Assembly (NCBI GenBank): GCA_963666735.1
Contig: OY762926.1
Span: 2,816,001 to 2,880,000, forward strand
Source of the DNA: Gemmatimonadota bacterium
GTDB taxonomy: Bacteria > Gemmatimonadota > Gemmatimonadetes > Palauibacterales > Palauibacteraceae
DNA length: 64,000 bases
Direction of reading: 5' to 3'
The notes under the pieces: generated by a model
Told to the model about the DNA's origin: nothing
What the model saw: only the letters and a program-made list of their open reading frames with translations
The model's database searches: none
In this document: in pieces, positions 48,879-59,123 of the stretch
How the letters are laid out: the number at the start of each line of letters is the position of its first letter
Numbering within the stretch: the first letter of the stretch is position 1
Made by a program: the position numbers and the translations under genes

Positions 48879-49696
48879 GCGACGTGTCCGAGCACGCGGG
48901 CCGCCGGGTCGTGATCACCGGCGCCGGGGCGGGAATCGGCCGGGCGGTCGCATTGGCCTACCTCGACGACGGGGCGCGGGTGCACGTCTGCGACCGCGAT
49001 CCCGACGCGCTCGAAGACCTGGTGCGTTCGGCGGAGGGCGACGTCGCCGGGACGGTGTCGGACGTCAGCGTCGAGGCGGATGTGGAACGGCTGTTCACCG
49101 AGGCGCTCGCGCGGCTGGGCGGCCTCGATGTCCTCGTGAACAACGCGGGGACGGCCGGCCCCACCGGGCCCGTCGAAACGCTCGATCTCGATGGTTGGCG
49201 GCGGACGCTGGCGGTCAACTTGGACGGCATGTTCCTCTGCGCCCGGGCCGCCGTCCCGGCCCTGCGGCGCGCGGGAGGCGGGTCGATCGTGAACCTCTCC
49301 TCGACCGCGGGGCTGCACGGCTATCCGCTGCGCAGCCCCTACGCCGCGGCGAAATGGGGGGTGATCGGCTTCACCCGCACCCTGGCCATGGAACTGGGTC
49401 CGGCCGGGATCCGCGTGAACGCGATCTGCCCCGGCAGCGTCCGCGGCGACCGCATCGACCGCGTGATCGCGGCCCAGGCGGCGACGCGGGGAGTGTCCGA
49501 GGAGGCGGTCCGGCAACACTGGCTGCGGCAGATTTCGCTCCGGCGCTTCGTCGACGCGGAGGACGTGGCCGCGCTCGTGCTCTTCCTCACGTCCGGCGCG
49601 GGTGCGAAGATATCCGGGCAGGCGCTCCCCGTGGACGGACACACCGAGGGCCTGAGTTCCGGCGCGGACACGAGCAGCGACCCCAGCGGCGAATAG
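48875..49696 (+). CDS. SDR family oxidoreductase
   Basis: TGAGAGIG, NNAG, YAAAK. Confidence 0.92.
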   Translation: MSDVSEHAGRRVVITGAGAGIGRAVALAYLDDGARVHVCDRDPDALEDLVRSAEGDVAGTVSDVSVEADVERLFTEALARLGGLDVLVNNAGTAGPTGPVETLDLDGWRRTLAVNLDGMFLCARAAVPALRRAGGGSIVNLSSTAGLHGYPLRSPYAAAKWGVIGFTRTLAMELGPAGIRVNAICPGSVRGDRIDRVIAAQAATRGVSEEAVRQHWLRQISLRRFVDAEDVAALVLFLTSGAGAKISGQALPVDGHTEGLSSGADTSSDPSGE

Positions 49697-49756
49697 CGGG
49701 ACAACGTCACCTCGCGGTGCGCTTCGATCTCGTATTCGTTCGTCGGCGTCGTACGT

Positions 49757-50449
49757 TCAAGGTCCCGTGCCGAGGAGCAGCCACGCGGCAAACGCCGAGA
49801 GCGAAAGTCCGGCGCCCCACACCACCCCCGCGACCATTCGCTTCCGGCTGCGCGCGCGGCAATACGCTGCGCCAAGCATCGCATGGAAGCTCGTCTCGAA
49901 GATGCCCACCGGCGGACCGCTCGCGTCGGACCACGTTACGGAAAGAACGCTGACAGGAGACGCCTCCACCGGTAGAAGGGCCGCTGCAGGTCCCGACGGG
50001 TCCACGCCGCACAGCGCGAGCATCAGCCGGAGCGTGTGGCCGGCGAGCAAGATGTAAGCGGCGTGAACGGTCAAACTGAACAGCTGCCTGAACGAGACGC
50101 GGGGCCCGGGCCTCACTCTCGACACCACGAGGAGAATTCCGGCCAGGGCAGCAAAGTACAAAGGCGCGTTGATCACCGCGGCGGCCGCCACGAGCGTGTG
50201 TGCGGCGACGAGCACGATGAAGCCTCCGGCGACCGGCAGGCCCGCGATGGATTCGATCCCGTATTCCGAACCGGCCAGCCCGGCCAACGTCAGCATGGAC
50301 GCGCTCGCCACCACGTATACGGCCAGCGCTCGCCTCCACTCGGGCTCTTCCACGAGCACATCGAACAACCCTTCGCGTGCCGTGAACAGCATCCCGATAC
50401 GTCGCGGTAGCGAAGGAGGCCGTACCCTCCCTGACGTGCTCTCCGTCAC
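49757..50449 (-). CDS. Yip1-like membrane protein
   Basis: About 5 hydrophobic segments; SFRQLFSLTVHA. Confidence 0.55.
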   Translation of the reverse strand: MTESTSGRVRPPSLPRRIGMLFTAREGLFDVLVEEPEWRRALAVYVVASASMLTLAGLAGSEYGIESIAGLPVAGGFIVLVAAHTLVAAAAVINAPLYFAALAGILLVVSRVRPGPRVSFRQLFSLTVHAAYILLAGHTLRLMLALCGVDPSGPAAALLPVEASPVSVLSVTWSDASGPPVGIFETSFHAMLGAAYCRARSRKRMVAGVVWGAGLSLSAFAAWLLLGTGP

Positions 50450-50452
50450 GAA

Positions 50453-51727
50453 TCACCGCCATCCGCCGGCGAACGGTGGCGGTCCCGGCGCAGCCCGCAA
50501 CTCGTGGATGCGGAGCTGATCCTGGCAAAGCAATGCTATCCGGTCGCCGAGGACGGCGACATCCAGCTCCGCGCATCCGGAGTGCGGGTCCAGGATCCCA
50601 CGTGTAACGACCGAAACCGAATCGTCTGCCGAGAGGGGGATCGTCGTGGCGAAAACCCGCGAGGAGGCCGAGAACGGACGTACCCAAAGATCGCCCCGGG
50701 CCGTCCGCACGCCGCGCGAGAAGGGAATGACCGAACTCCCCGCGTTCGATGGAATCCCGTCGCGCTGCGCCGGTCCGGTCTCCCTGTACTCCCGTTCGAT
50801 GTCCGCTGCCTGGGCCGCGATGGCTTGGACGAGCCATCCGGGAAAGGCGACCGGGGCGATGTCGGCGATCCGGGCCGACGCAACGTCGAGCGTCGCGCGC
50901 CAGGCACCGTAGGCGCGGACATCCGTATTGCGAAAAACGACGATCGTGTCGGGCGCGAGGACGGCAAACTCAAGATCGTACTCCGCCCAATTCGATCGAA
51001 CATCGCCGGGCGACAGCTCCGGTGGAAGTTCCCCGGCCAAGTCCACGGCCTCGTCGCCGGACTGCACCGCCAGCGAGGCGGACCGGCCGTCGAACGTCCG
51101 GTACAAGACCGCGCCGTCCGGCAGTACCGTGAAGCCCCGCACCAACTGCGGGACCTGCATTTCCTCCAGCAGCCGGCCGTCCGGATCGAAGCGGGACAGC
51201 CGGGCGAGCCGCAGATCGGCCACCCACACGCCGCCCCGAGGGTCTGCTTCGATCGAGTAGGGGTGTTCGAACTCGCCCGGGCCCTCGCCCGGGCCTCCGA
51301 TCACGGCTCGCAGCTTCGCATCCCGGTCGAGTCGCAGAACACGCTTCGCCGATTGGTCGAGAACGTAGACCTCGTCTGCCGCAGCGACGTCCACGGCGAG
51401 ATCCCACGCGCGCTCGATGAACGACTCCGACCGCATGTCGAGAGGGTCGGCAGGGAACCCCGCAATGAACGCGCCCGGTTCAAGGACGCGGTAGCCGGCC
51501 ACCGCCGCGGCGGCGGGAGCTGCCGAGGGGACGGATCCGCCCCGGCTCTCCAGGTCTCCGTCATCCGCGCACCCGGCGGCTATGGCCGCCACCGCCGCGG
51601 CGGCGCTCCCCCGAACGAAGCGTCTCACTGCAAGTCGCAATCGATCCAGTGATCTCGATGGAGCGCATCGGCGGCTCTTCAGGGGGTTCAGCGTAGACGG
51701 GTGGCGGAACGACTTGAGGTCGGACAT
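50453..51727 (-). CDS. 6-bladed beta-propeller/NHL-like lipoprotein
   Basis: IAAGC lipobox; IGGPGEGPGEFEHP..DPRGGVWVAD. Confidence 0.75.
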   Translation of the reverse strand: MSDLKSFRHPSTLNPLKSRRCAPSRSLDRLRLAVRRFVRGSAAAAVAAIAAGCADDGDLESRGGSVPSAAPAAAAVAGYRVLEPGAFIAGFPADPLDMRSESFIERAWDLAVDVAAADEVYVLDQSAKRVLRLDRDAKLRAVIGGPGEGPGEFEHPYSIEADPRGGVWVADLRLARLSRFDPDGRLLEEMQVPQLVRGFTVLPDGAVLYRTFDGRSASLAVQSGDEAVDLAGELPPELSPGDVRSNWAEYDLEFAVLAPDTIVVFRNTDVRAYGAWRATLDVASARIADIAPVAFPGWLVQAIAAQAADIEREYRETGPAQRDGIPSNAGSSVIPFSRGVRTARGDLWVRPFSASSRVFATTIPLSADDSVSVVTRGILDPHSGCAELDVAVLGDRIALLCQDQLRIHELRAAPGPPPFAGGWR

Positions 51728-51822
51728 TTGATCCTCCCGGGCCAATGGGGACTCGCTCCAAGGCTTTCTTATCACCCGAATCAGACGACCACAAGCTACG
51801 TGTAGTACGTGTAGGTATGAGG

Positions 51823-52016
51823 ACGGAGACCGGGGACCGTCGCCGCTTCGATCCGCCGGTGAAGTTCACCCAGCGCCATCGTCGGGCGCTCGTGCTCTTC
51901 CTCACGTCCGGCGCGGGTGCGAAGATATCCGGGCAGGCGCTCCCCGTGGACGGACACACCGGGGGCCTGAGTTCCGGCGCGGACACGAGCAGCGACCCCA
52001 GCGGCGAATAGCGGGA
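51823..52016 (+). repeat. Chimeric duplicate of a P450 segment (48244-48304) joined to the SDR 3' end (49571-49701)
   Basis: 51886-52016 matches 49571-49701 with one mismatch; 51823-51884 is a more diverged P450 copy. Confidence 0.9.
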
Positions 52017-52026
52017 GAACGACGAC

Positions 52027-53010
52027 ATGCGAGCAGCATGGTACACGAAACCGGGATCGGCATGTAACGTGCTGGAGGTGGGGGAGCGGGATACGCCGGT
52101 GCCCGGTCCCGGCGAGGTTCGGGTCCGCGTACGCGCCTCCGGAATCAACCCGGTCGACGTCAAGCGGCGCGCCGGCGGGCGCGGCGCGCCGGATTCCACC
52201 CTCGTGGTGCCGCACTTCGACTGCGCCGGGGTCATCGACCAGGTGGGCGATGGCGTCGATGCCGGCAGGCTAGGCAACCGCGTGTGGGTCTACGAGGCGC
52301 AGTGGGGGCGGAACCTCGGTACGGCGGCGGAGTTCACCACCGTCCCTGGGTCCCGGGCCGTCCCGCTCCCCCCGAATGCGACGTTCACGGAGGGCGCGTG
52401 TCTCGGCATCCCCGCCCTGACCGCGCATCGCTGCGTGTACGCCGACGGTCCCGTCGAGGGGCAGACCGTGCTCGTGACCGGCGGCGCGGGCGCGGTCGGC
52501 GCCTACGCGATCCAGTGCGCCAGGCTGGGGGGCGCCCGTGTCCTCTCCACCGTGAGCAGGGACGAAAAGGTGAGGATCGCCCGAGCGGCGGGCGCGGACG
52601 TCGTCATCAACTATCGTGAGGAGGATGTCGCGGCTCGCGTCTCGGAACTGACCGAGGGAGAAGGGCTCGACCGCATCGTCGAAGTCGAGATGGGCGGGAA
52701 TCTCGACGCCTCGATCGAAATGTTGAAGGCAAACGGGGTGATCTCCGCCTACGCCTCGGAGGGCGAACCCCAGCCGGCCGTCCCGTTCTACACGCTCCTC
52801 TACAAGAACCTCACGGTGCGCTTCGAACTCGTCTTCCTCATGCCCGAGGAGGCGAAGCAGAAGGCGGTGGAGGACCTCACCAAGTGGCTCGCCGAAGGGG
52901 AACTGCGCCACACGGTCGCGGAGCGCTTCGCGCTCGAGAACGTCGTGGCCGCTCACGAGGCCGTGGAAGCCGGTCCCCTTGGCAAGGTCCTGCTCGACCT
53001 CAATCTCTGA
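52027..53010 (+). CDS. NADPH:quinone reductase (zeta-crystallin MDR)
   Basis: SGINPVD, TGGAGAVG, GKVLL. Confidence 0.92.
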   Translation: MRAAWYTKPGSACNVLEVGERDTPVPGPGEVRVRVRASGINPVDVKRRAGGRGAPDSTLVVPHFDCAGVIDQVGDGVDAGRLGNRVWVYEAQWGRNLGTAAEFTTVPGSRAVPLPPNATFTEGACLGIPALTAHRCVYADGPVEGQTVLVTGGAGAVGAYAIQCARLGGARVLSTVSRDEKVRIARAAGADVVINYREEDVAARVSELTEGEGLDRIVEVEMGGNLDASIEMLKANGVISAYASEGEPQPAVPFYTLLYKNLTVRFELVFLMPEEAKQKAVEDLTKWLAEGELRHTVAERFALENVVAAHEAVEAGPLGKVLLDLNL

Positions 53011-53013
53011 CCC

Positions 53014-54246
53014 GTGAGGACCGTCGAACTCTTGACCTCGCGGCACGTTGCGGCGGTCCTGTCGGGCGCGGCATTCCTTGCATGCGAAGACGCCCCGGGC
53101 GGAGGCGACCCCGAAGCGCCGCTCGACCTGGGGACCGCATCCATCGAGATGCGGGGCGCCTCGGACTCGCTCGCGGTGGTTCGAGACCTCGAGGTCCTGG
53201 CCGATGGCTCCGTATGGGTTCTGAATTCGCGGGAGCCGTACTTCATGGGATTCGGTGCGGATGGCGGATCCCTCGGCGCGCACGGATCGCCCGGAGGAGG
53301 ACCCGACGAATTCCCGATGCCCTCGGCCTTCGTCGCGGGAGGTTGGGAGGGCGAGGCATGGGTCCTGGACCTCTTGCACCACGCGCTGATCCGGGTCTCG
53401 GGGCCCGCAGCGGAGTGGGAGCAGTTCTCCCTCGCGTCGACGCCGGTCCCCCGGGGCAGCGTGCGAAGCGGGATGAGCATGCTGGACGCCTCGGTGCGAA
53501 CGGCGAGACTCGGCCGCGAGATCATCGTGCCTCGCTCGACCGTGACCATGCAGGGGGGTGTGCTGCAGTTCCGTTTCGGGCTCCTGGGAGCCGATCTGAT
53601 GGCCGTGGATCCGGAGACCGGCGAAACGCGGACGCTCGTGGCGCTCGGCGAAGCCCTGGAAGATCCGTCGGGGGATTTCATCGCGAGCGACGGCGGTTTT
53701 CCCCTGTGGTACCGGCTGTGGGCTTCCTGTGGCGAGAATCTCGTGCGCGTCCACGACAGGGTCAGGAATCAGCTGCGCGGGTTCGACGGATCCGGTGTGG
53801 AGGTGGACCCCATCGACCTTCCGCCCGTGCCCTTCACGGAGGTCAGTCCGCGACAGTTTGCCGGAGCGGTGTTCGCGCTGAGGCAGGCCGAAGTGACGGG
53901 AGATGTCGCGACCAGGCTCAGCGAAGCGGACAGCCTGAGGCTCCTGAATCAGATGGCCGCTATGGTGCGGGGGGCGCCGCACGAACTCGCGAGCTACCTC
54001 CCCCGCTACGTCGACTTCCGCTGCAGTGAAGACGGGACGATGTGGCTGCAGCCTCTCGATCCGGATGCGGGTGGACTGGCCGGCGGCTCCCTGTGGCTGC
54101 GAATCGCGCCCGATGGCGCCACGCGCGATGTGCGACTGCCGGCGCGGTTCGACGCGCTTCGCTTCACGACTTCCCGGATCTGGGGCGTGTCGCGGGATGA
54201 GTTCGATCGCCCGGCCATCGCATCCCTCCCGCTTCCGGCGCGCTGA
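53014..54246 (+). CDS. Beta-propeller-like lipoprotein
   Basis: FLAC lipobox; GSPGGGPDEF motif. Confidence 0.65.
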   Translation: MRTVELLTSRHVAAVLSGAAFLACEDAPGGGDPEAPLDLGTASIEMRGASDSLAVVRDLEVLADGSVWVLNSREPYFMGFGADGGSLGAHGSPGGGPDEFPMPSAFVAGGWEGEAWVLDLLHHALIRVSGPAAEWEQFSLASTPVPRGSVRSGMSMLDASVRTARLGREIIVPRSTVTMQGGVLQFRFGLLGADLMAVDPETGETRTLVALGEALEDPSGDFIASDGGFPLWYRLWASCGENLVRVHDRVRNQLRGFDGSGVEVDPIDLPPVPFTEVSPRQFAGAVFALRQAEVTGDVATRLSEADSLRLLNQMAAMVRGAPHELASYLPRYVDFRCSEDGTMWLQPLDPDAGGLAGGSLWLRIAPDGATRDVRLPARFDALRFTTSRIWGVSRDEFDRPAIASLPLPAR

Positions 54247-54260
54247 CGACACCTGCCACG

Positions 54261-54276
54261 CGTTCCCGCGGGAACG
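54261..54276. repeat. 16-bp palindrome CGTTCCCGCGGGAACG, copy 2
   Basis: Identical to 1081-1096. Confidence 0.7.
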
Positions 54277-54277
54277 C

Positions 54278-54553
54278 CCGCTCGGAATTCTCGCGGTTAC
54301 GAGATCCTCAAGCACGTGAAGCTGCTCTCCGGCGGTGATCTGGAGTGGTCCGACGGGATGCTCTACCCCGTCCTCCACCGGCTGGAGCGGGACGGCCCTC
54401 ATCGCCGGCCGCTGGGAACTCACCGATGGGGGACGGCGTCGCAAGTACTACCGGCTGACCGCTCGCGGAAAGCGCCAGTTGGCGACCGACCGCGAGAGTT
54501 GGCAGGCCGTGTACGGGGCCCTCCAGGTGTCCTGGGGAGGCAGCCATGCTTGA
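54278..54553 (+). pseudogene. PadR-family regulator, frameshifted
   Basis: GYEILK..GMLYPVLHRLERDG / RRRKYYRLTARG in different frames. Confidence 0.8.
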
Positions 54554-55122
54554 ATTTGAGCGTGAAGTCAGAAGTTGGCGCACGCAGGTGGAACGAAAGG
54601 TCTTCTCTCTCGCCTCGCGAACTGGATGAACTCGAAGATCACCCGCGCGCCCTGGTCGATCTGGAAATGGAACTGGACGCCACCCTCGCGCGACCCGAAG
54701 CGTTCGCGGTCGCCCGGGAAGCGCTCGGCGAGCCAAGGGCGCTCTCTACGGAGTCTGCCAGGGCCGGCCGGCCTCGATGGAAGCGTCTGCTTGCCGGTGC
54801 CTCGGCGCTGTACGCGGCATCGCTACTGCTGCCGATACTCATGACCCTCCCGATGCTGCTGGGCTCCCGGCGACCCGACCGGCGGTGGCTCCGGCGGATC
54901 CTCGGCGGCATGGGCGTAGCGAACCTGGGGCTGGGGATGTCTCGTGTCTTCAGTCCGGCACCCTTCCCGTACGAGGAGGCTGCCGTCGCGCACCAATACC
55001 CCGGCGCTGGCTACCGGCTGTGGTCCGCTTCGTTCGCTCTTGCGGCAGCCGCCCTCTGGCTCCGGGGCCGGAACTGGGCCGCGAGCGGATCGGCGGAATC
55101 GGTGGCCGAAGGGGCGGTGTAG
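54546..55122 (+). pseudogene. Permease-prefix-domain membrane protein, degraded
   Basis: ELDELEDH..A..ALGEP; frameshift near the start. Confidence 0.6.
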
Positions 55123-55227
55123 CAAAGGCCGGCTGGCCGGGCGATCTGCGTCGATGGTACATTTTCGAGTTGGTGTATCCCGGCGCCCCGCGGGGCGCGA
55201 CGCGGTTGTCCGGACGAGGTCTCGGCC

Positions 55228-57732
55228 ATGCGAACATCGCTTCTGCTGCTGGTCGCAGCGGGTGTGCTCCCGAGTCCCGTCGTCGGTCAGGAGGCTGACG
55301 GCGCGAGGGGGGCCGAGCATCTTCCGGCTACTTGGCCGCCAGCGGTCACGCGACTGGCCGGCCCGACATCAACGCCCGCGGCCGACACCCTCTCCGCCGA
55401 AGTAGCACAGGCCGTCGTCGCGGGTACGTGCATGCGCTGCCACAACCCGCGCCGGGTCAGCGGGGGCATGTCGCTCGAGACCTTCGAGGTGGCTTCGGCC
55501 GCCGACAATGCCGTGATCGCGGAGCGGATGGTGCGAAAACTGCGGGCCGGCATGATGCCGCCGGTCGGAGTGCGCCGCCCGACGCCCGACAGCCTGCGGA
55601 CGCTCGCGGCCGTCCTCGAATCCCGGCTCGACGCCGCGTGGGACGCCAACCCGAACCCGGGACGGCGGACCTTCCAGCGGCTGAACCGGGCCGAGTACTC
55701 GCGCTCGATTTACGATCTCCTCGACCTCGACATCGACGCCGGCGACTACCTGCCGCTCGATACGAAGAGCGCGAACTTCGACAACATCGCCGACGTCCAG
55801 TTGCTCTCCCCGACGCTCATGGACGGGTATCTGCGCGCGGCGAGCGAGATCAGCCGGCTCGCGGTCGGCGACCCCGAGGTCACGCCGAGCGAGGCCACGT
55901 TCCGGGTGTCGCGCTGGACCTCCCAGGCGGAGCACGTCGAGGGCACGCCGTACGGGAGCCGGGGCGGCGTGGCGGTGGACCACAACTTCCCGGCCGACGG
56001 GGAGTACGCGTTCCGCGTCTCCTTCCACCACGAGACGACCGGCGCCCTGTTCGGGAACGGGAAGGGGGCCCTGCACACGACCGACGAGCCCGAACGGATC
56101 GAGATCTCGATCAATGGCGAGCGGGTCGCGCTCCTCGACATCGACCGCTGGATGCACGTGTCGGATCCGGACGGCGTGAACCTTCGGACGGAGCCGGTCT
56201 TCATCGAGGCGGGTCCGCACCGGGTGGCGGCGGCCTTCATCCGCACCTTCGAGGGGCCGTCGCAGGACCTGATGTCGCCGCACGACTGGTCGATCGCGAG
56301 CACGAGCATCACGGACGCGTACGGGTTCACGACGCTGCCGCACCTGCGGGACCTCGCGGTGACAGGTCCCTTCGCCCCGGCGGGGATGTCCTCCACGCCG
56401 AGTCGCGAGCGCGTGTTCTCCTGCCGCCCCTCGGCGCCGGAGGAGGAGACGCCGTGCGCGGAAGCCATTCTCTCGCGGTTGGGGACGAGGGCCTACCGCC
56501 GGCCGCTGACGGACGACAACCTCGCCGCGCTCATGAATCTCTACCGCGCCGGGGCCGAAGCGGGCGGTTTCGAGGAGGGGATCCGGCTCGCGGTGGAGGG
56601 GATTCTCGCCAGCCCGCACTTCGTCTTCCGGTTCGAGGAGCGACCGGCGCGCGAAGCGGATGGCGTGTACGCGCTGGACGACTACGATCTCGCCTCGCGG
56701 CTCTCCTTCTTCCTCTGGGCCACGGGTCCGGACGACGAACTGATGGAGGTTGCCGCGGAGGGCCGGCTCTCCGACGCGGCGGTGCTCGACGCGCAGGTGC
56801 GCCGCATGCTGGCCGATCCGCGCGCCGCGGCGCTGGCCACGCGTTTCGCGGGACAGTGGTTCCGGCTGCAGGACCTCGAGGGCATGAACCCCGATGTCCG
56901 CCTCTATCCGGATTTCGACCAGCAGCTCAAGGAGGCGATGCACCGCGAGACGGAACTGCTCTTCCACACGCTGGTGCAGGAGGACCGGAGCCTGCTCGAA
57001 CTGCTGACGGCCGACTACACGTTCGTGAACGAGCGCCTCGCGCGGCACTACGGCATCCCCGGCGTGACGGGAACGGATTTCCGGAGGGTCGAGATCATCG
57101 AGCCCGAGCGGCGCGGCGTGCTGGGGCACGGCAGCATCCTCACCCTCACCTCGCACGCGAGCCGGACGTCCCCCGTCCTCCGCGGGAAGTGGGTGATGGA
57201 GGTGCTGCTGGGGACGCCTCCTCCTCCGCCCCCGCCGGACGTCTCCGACCTGGAGGCGACGCCGGAGGCCGAGGAGGGTCGCCTGCTCACGGTGCGGGAG
57301 CGACTGGAGATGCACCGGGCGAGCCCGGCCTGCCGTTCGTGCCACCGCGTGATCGATCCCATCGGTCTCGCGCTGGAGTACTTCGACGGCACCGGGGGGC
57401 GGCGCATCAAGGACAGCGGGATGCCGATCGACGCGCAGGGCGAACTCTACGACGGCACGCCGGTGACGAGCGCGGCGGATCTGCGCGCGGCGCTCCTCGC
57501 GCGGCCGGTGCCGCTCGTGCGCGCGTTCACCGAGAACCTGCTCGCCTACGCGCTGGGCCGGCGGGTCGAGTACTACGACATGCCGACCGTGCGCACCATC
57601 GCCCGGCAGGCGGCCGCACAGGACCACCGCATGTCCGCGTTCATCCTCGGCGTGGTCAACAGCCCGGCGTTCCGGTTGAAGGGGACCGAGGCCGTGGTCG
57701 ACGACATGCAAGCGGGATCCCAGGAGGACTGA
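55228..57732 (+). CDS. DUF1592-family di-heme c protein, copy 2
   Basis: Signal peptide; CMRCH and CRSCH; same motifs as 7239-9683. Confidence 0.9.
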   Translation: MRTSLLLLVAAGVLPSPVVGQEADGARGAEHLPATWPPAVTRLAGPTSTPAADTLSAEVAQAVVAGTCMRCHNPRRVSGGMSLETFEVASAADNAVIAERMVRKLRAGMMPPVGVRRPTPDSLRTLAAVLESRLDAAWDANPNPGRRTFQRLNRAEYSRSIYDLLDLDIDAGDYLPLDTKSANFDNIADVQLLSPTLMDGYLRAASEISRLAVGDPEVTPSEATFRVSRWTSQAEHVEGTPYGSRGGVAVDHNFPADGEYAFRVSFHHETTGALFGNGKGALHTTDEPERIEISINGERVALLDIDRWMHVSDPDGVNLRTEPVFIEAGPHRVAAAFIRTFEGPSQDLMSPHDWSIASTSITDAYGFTTLPHLRDLAVTGPFAPAGMSSTPSRERVFSCRPSAPEEETPCAEAILSRLGTRAYRRPLTDDNLAALMNLYRAGAEAGGFEEGIRLAVEGILASPHFVFRFEERPAREADGVYALDDYDLASRLSFFLWATGPDDELMEVAAEGRLSDAAVLDAQVRRMLADPRAAALATRFAGQWFRLQDLEGMNPDVRLYPDFDQQLKEAMHRETELLFHTLVQEDRSLLELLTADYTFVNERLARHYGIPGVTGTDFRRVEIIEPERRGVLGHGSILTLTSHASRTSPVLRGKWVMEVLLGTPPPPPPPDVSDLEATPEAEEGRLLTVRERLEMHRASPACRSCHRVIDPIGLALEYFDGTGGRRIKDSGMPIDAQGELYDGTPVTSAADLRAALLARPVPLVRAFTENLLAYALGRRVEYYDMPTVRTIARQAAAQDHRMSAFILGVVNSPAFRLKGTEAVVDDMQAGSQED

Positions 57733-59123
57733 TGGAGTTCATCACAGGGAAACACCTCTCTCGCCGGACCTTCCTCCGGGGCGCGGGGGCGACCGTCGCT
57801 CTGCCGCTGCTCGACGCGATGGTGCCGGCGGGCCGGCTGTGGGCGCGGGAGGTCGCGGATCCGACGCGGCTGGTCTGCATCGAGATGGTGCACGGCGCGG
57901 CGGGGAGCAGCGGGTTCGGGGCGGCACAGAACTACTGGTCGCCGGCGGCCACGGGCCGGGGATTCGACCTGTCGCCGACCGCGTTGAGTTCGCTCGAGCC
58001 GTACCGGGACTATCTCACGATCATCAGCGACACGGACGTCGAGACGGCGGAGGCGACGAAGCCGAAGGAGATCGGGGGGGACCACTTCCGGTCGAGCGCG
58101 ACGTTCCTCACGCAGTCGCACCCGAAGCAGACGGAGAGTTCGGACGTGCTCGTGGGGACCTCGCTGGACCAGCTCTACGCGCATCGCTTCGGGCAGGACA
58201 CGCCCATCCCGTCCATGCAGCTCTGCATCGAGAACGTCGACCAGGCGGGAGGCTGCGCGTACGGGTACGCGTGCGTCTACACGGATACGATCAGCTGGTC
58301 TTCGCCTACGCAGCCGCTGCCCATGATCCGGGATCCGCGCGTCGCGTTCGACCAGCTGTTCGGGGCGGGCGGAACGCCGGAGGCGCGCGCGGCGCGGCAG
58401 CGCTCGAGCGCCAGCATCCTCGACTTTCTCACCGGTGAGGTCGCGAGCCTCAAGGGGCGGCTCGACCCCTCCGACCGGCAGCGCATGGACCGGTATCTCG
58501 AGAACGTCCGGGAGATCGAGCGTCGCATCCAGCGGGTGGTGGCGCGCAACGAGTCGGGCGAGCGCCGGGACCTGCCGGAGGCGCCGGCGGGGGTGCCGGA
58601 TTCGTTCGATGAGCACGTGAAGCTGATGTTCGACCTACAGGCGCTCGCCTTCCAGGCGGACATGACGCGCGTGTTCTCGTTCAAGATGGGGCGGGACGCG
58701 TCGGGCCGGGTCTATCCGGAGAGCGGAATCGACAAGGGCTTCCACCCGGCGTCGCACCACGGCGACAACGAGAACAACATCACGGACTTCGCGCAGATCA
58801 ACCGCTATCATGTCGGGCTCGTCCCGTACTTCCTCGACCGGTTGAAGGAGTCGATGGAGGGGGACACGCACCTGCTCGACAAGACGATGATCGTCTACGG
58901 ATCGCCGATGGGGGATCCGAACGTGCACAACCACAAACGGTGCCCGCTCTTCGTGGTGGGGGGCGCGCAGGGGAGGATGGAAGGCAACCTGCACCTGCGG
59001 GCCGCGCCGGGGACGCCGATGGCGAACGTGATGTTGAGCCTCATGCACCGGTTGGGGATGGAGGACATGACGAGCTTCGGGAACAGCACCGGAGCGTTCC
59101 CGTTCGCGGAGACGGCGGATTGA
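57732..59123 (+). CDS. DUF1552-family Tat protein, copy 2
   Basis: SRRTFLRG; GCAYGYACVY; TGATG coupling to the upstream gene. Confidence 0.9.
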   Translation: MEFITGKHLSRRTFLRGAGATVALPLLDAMVPAGRLWAREVADPTRLVCIEMVHGAAGSSGFGAAQNYWSPAATGRGFDLSPTALSSLEPYRDYLTIISDTDVETAEATKPKEIGGDHFRSSATFLTQSHPKQTESSDVLVGTSLDQLYAHRFGQDTPIPSMQLCIENVDQAGGCAYGYACVYTDTISWSSPTQPLPMIRDPRVAFDQLFGAGGTPEARAARQRSSASILDFLTGEVASLKGRLDPSDRQRMDRYLENVREIERRIQRVVARNESGERRDLPEAPAGVPDSFDEHVKLMFDLQALAFQADMTRVFSFKMGRDASGRVYPESGIDKGFHPASHHGDNENNITDFAQINRYHVGLVPYFLDRLKESMEGDTHLLDKTMIVYGSPMGDPNVHNHKRCPLFVVGGAQGRMEGNLHLRAAPGTPMANVMLSLMHRLGMEDMTSFGNSTGAFPFAETAD

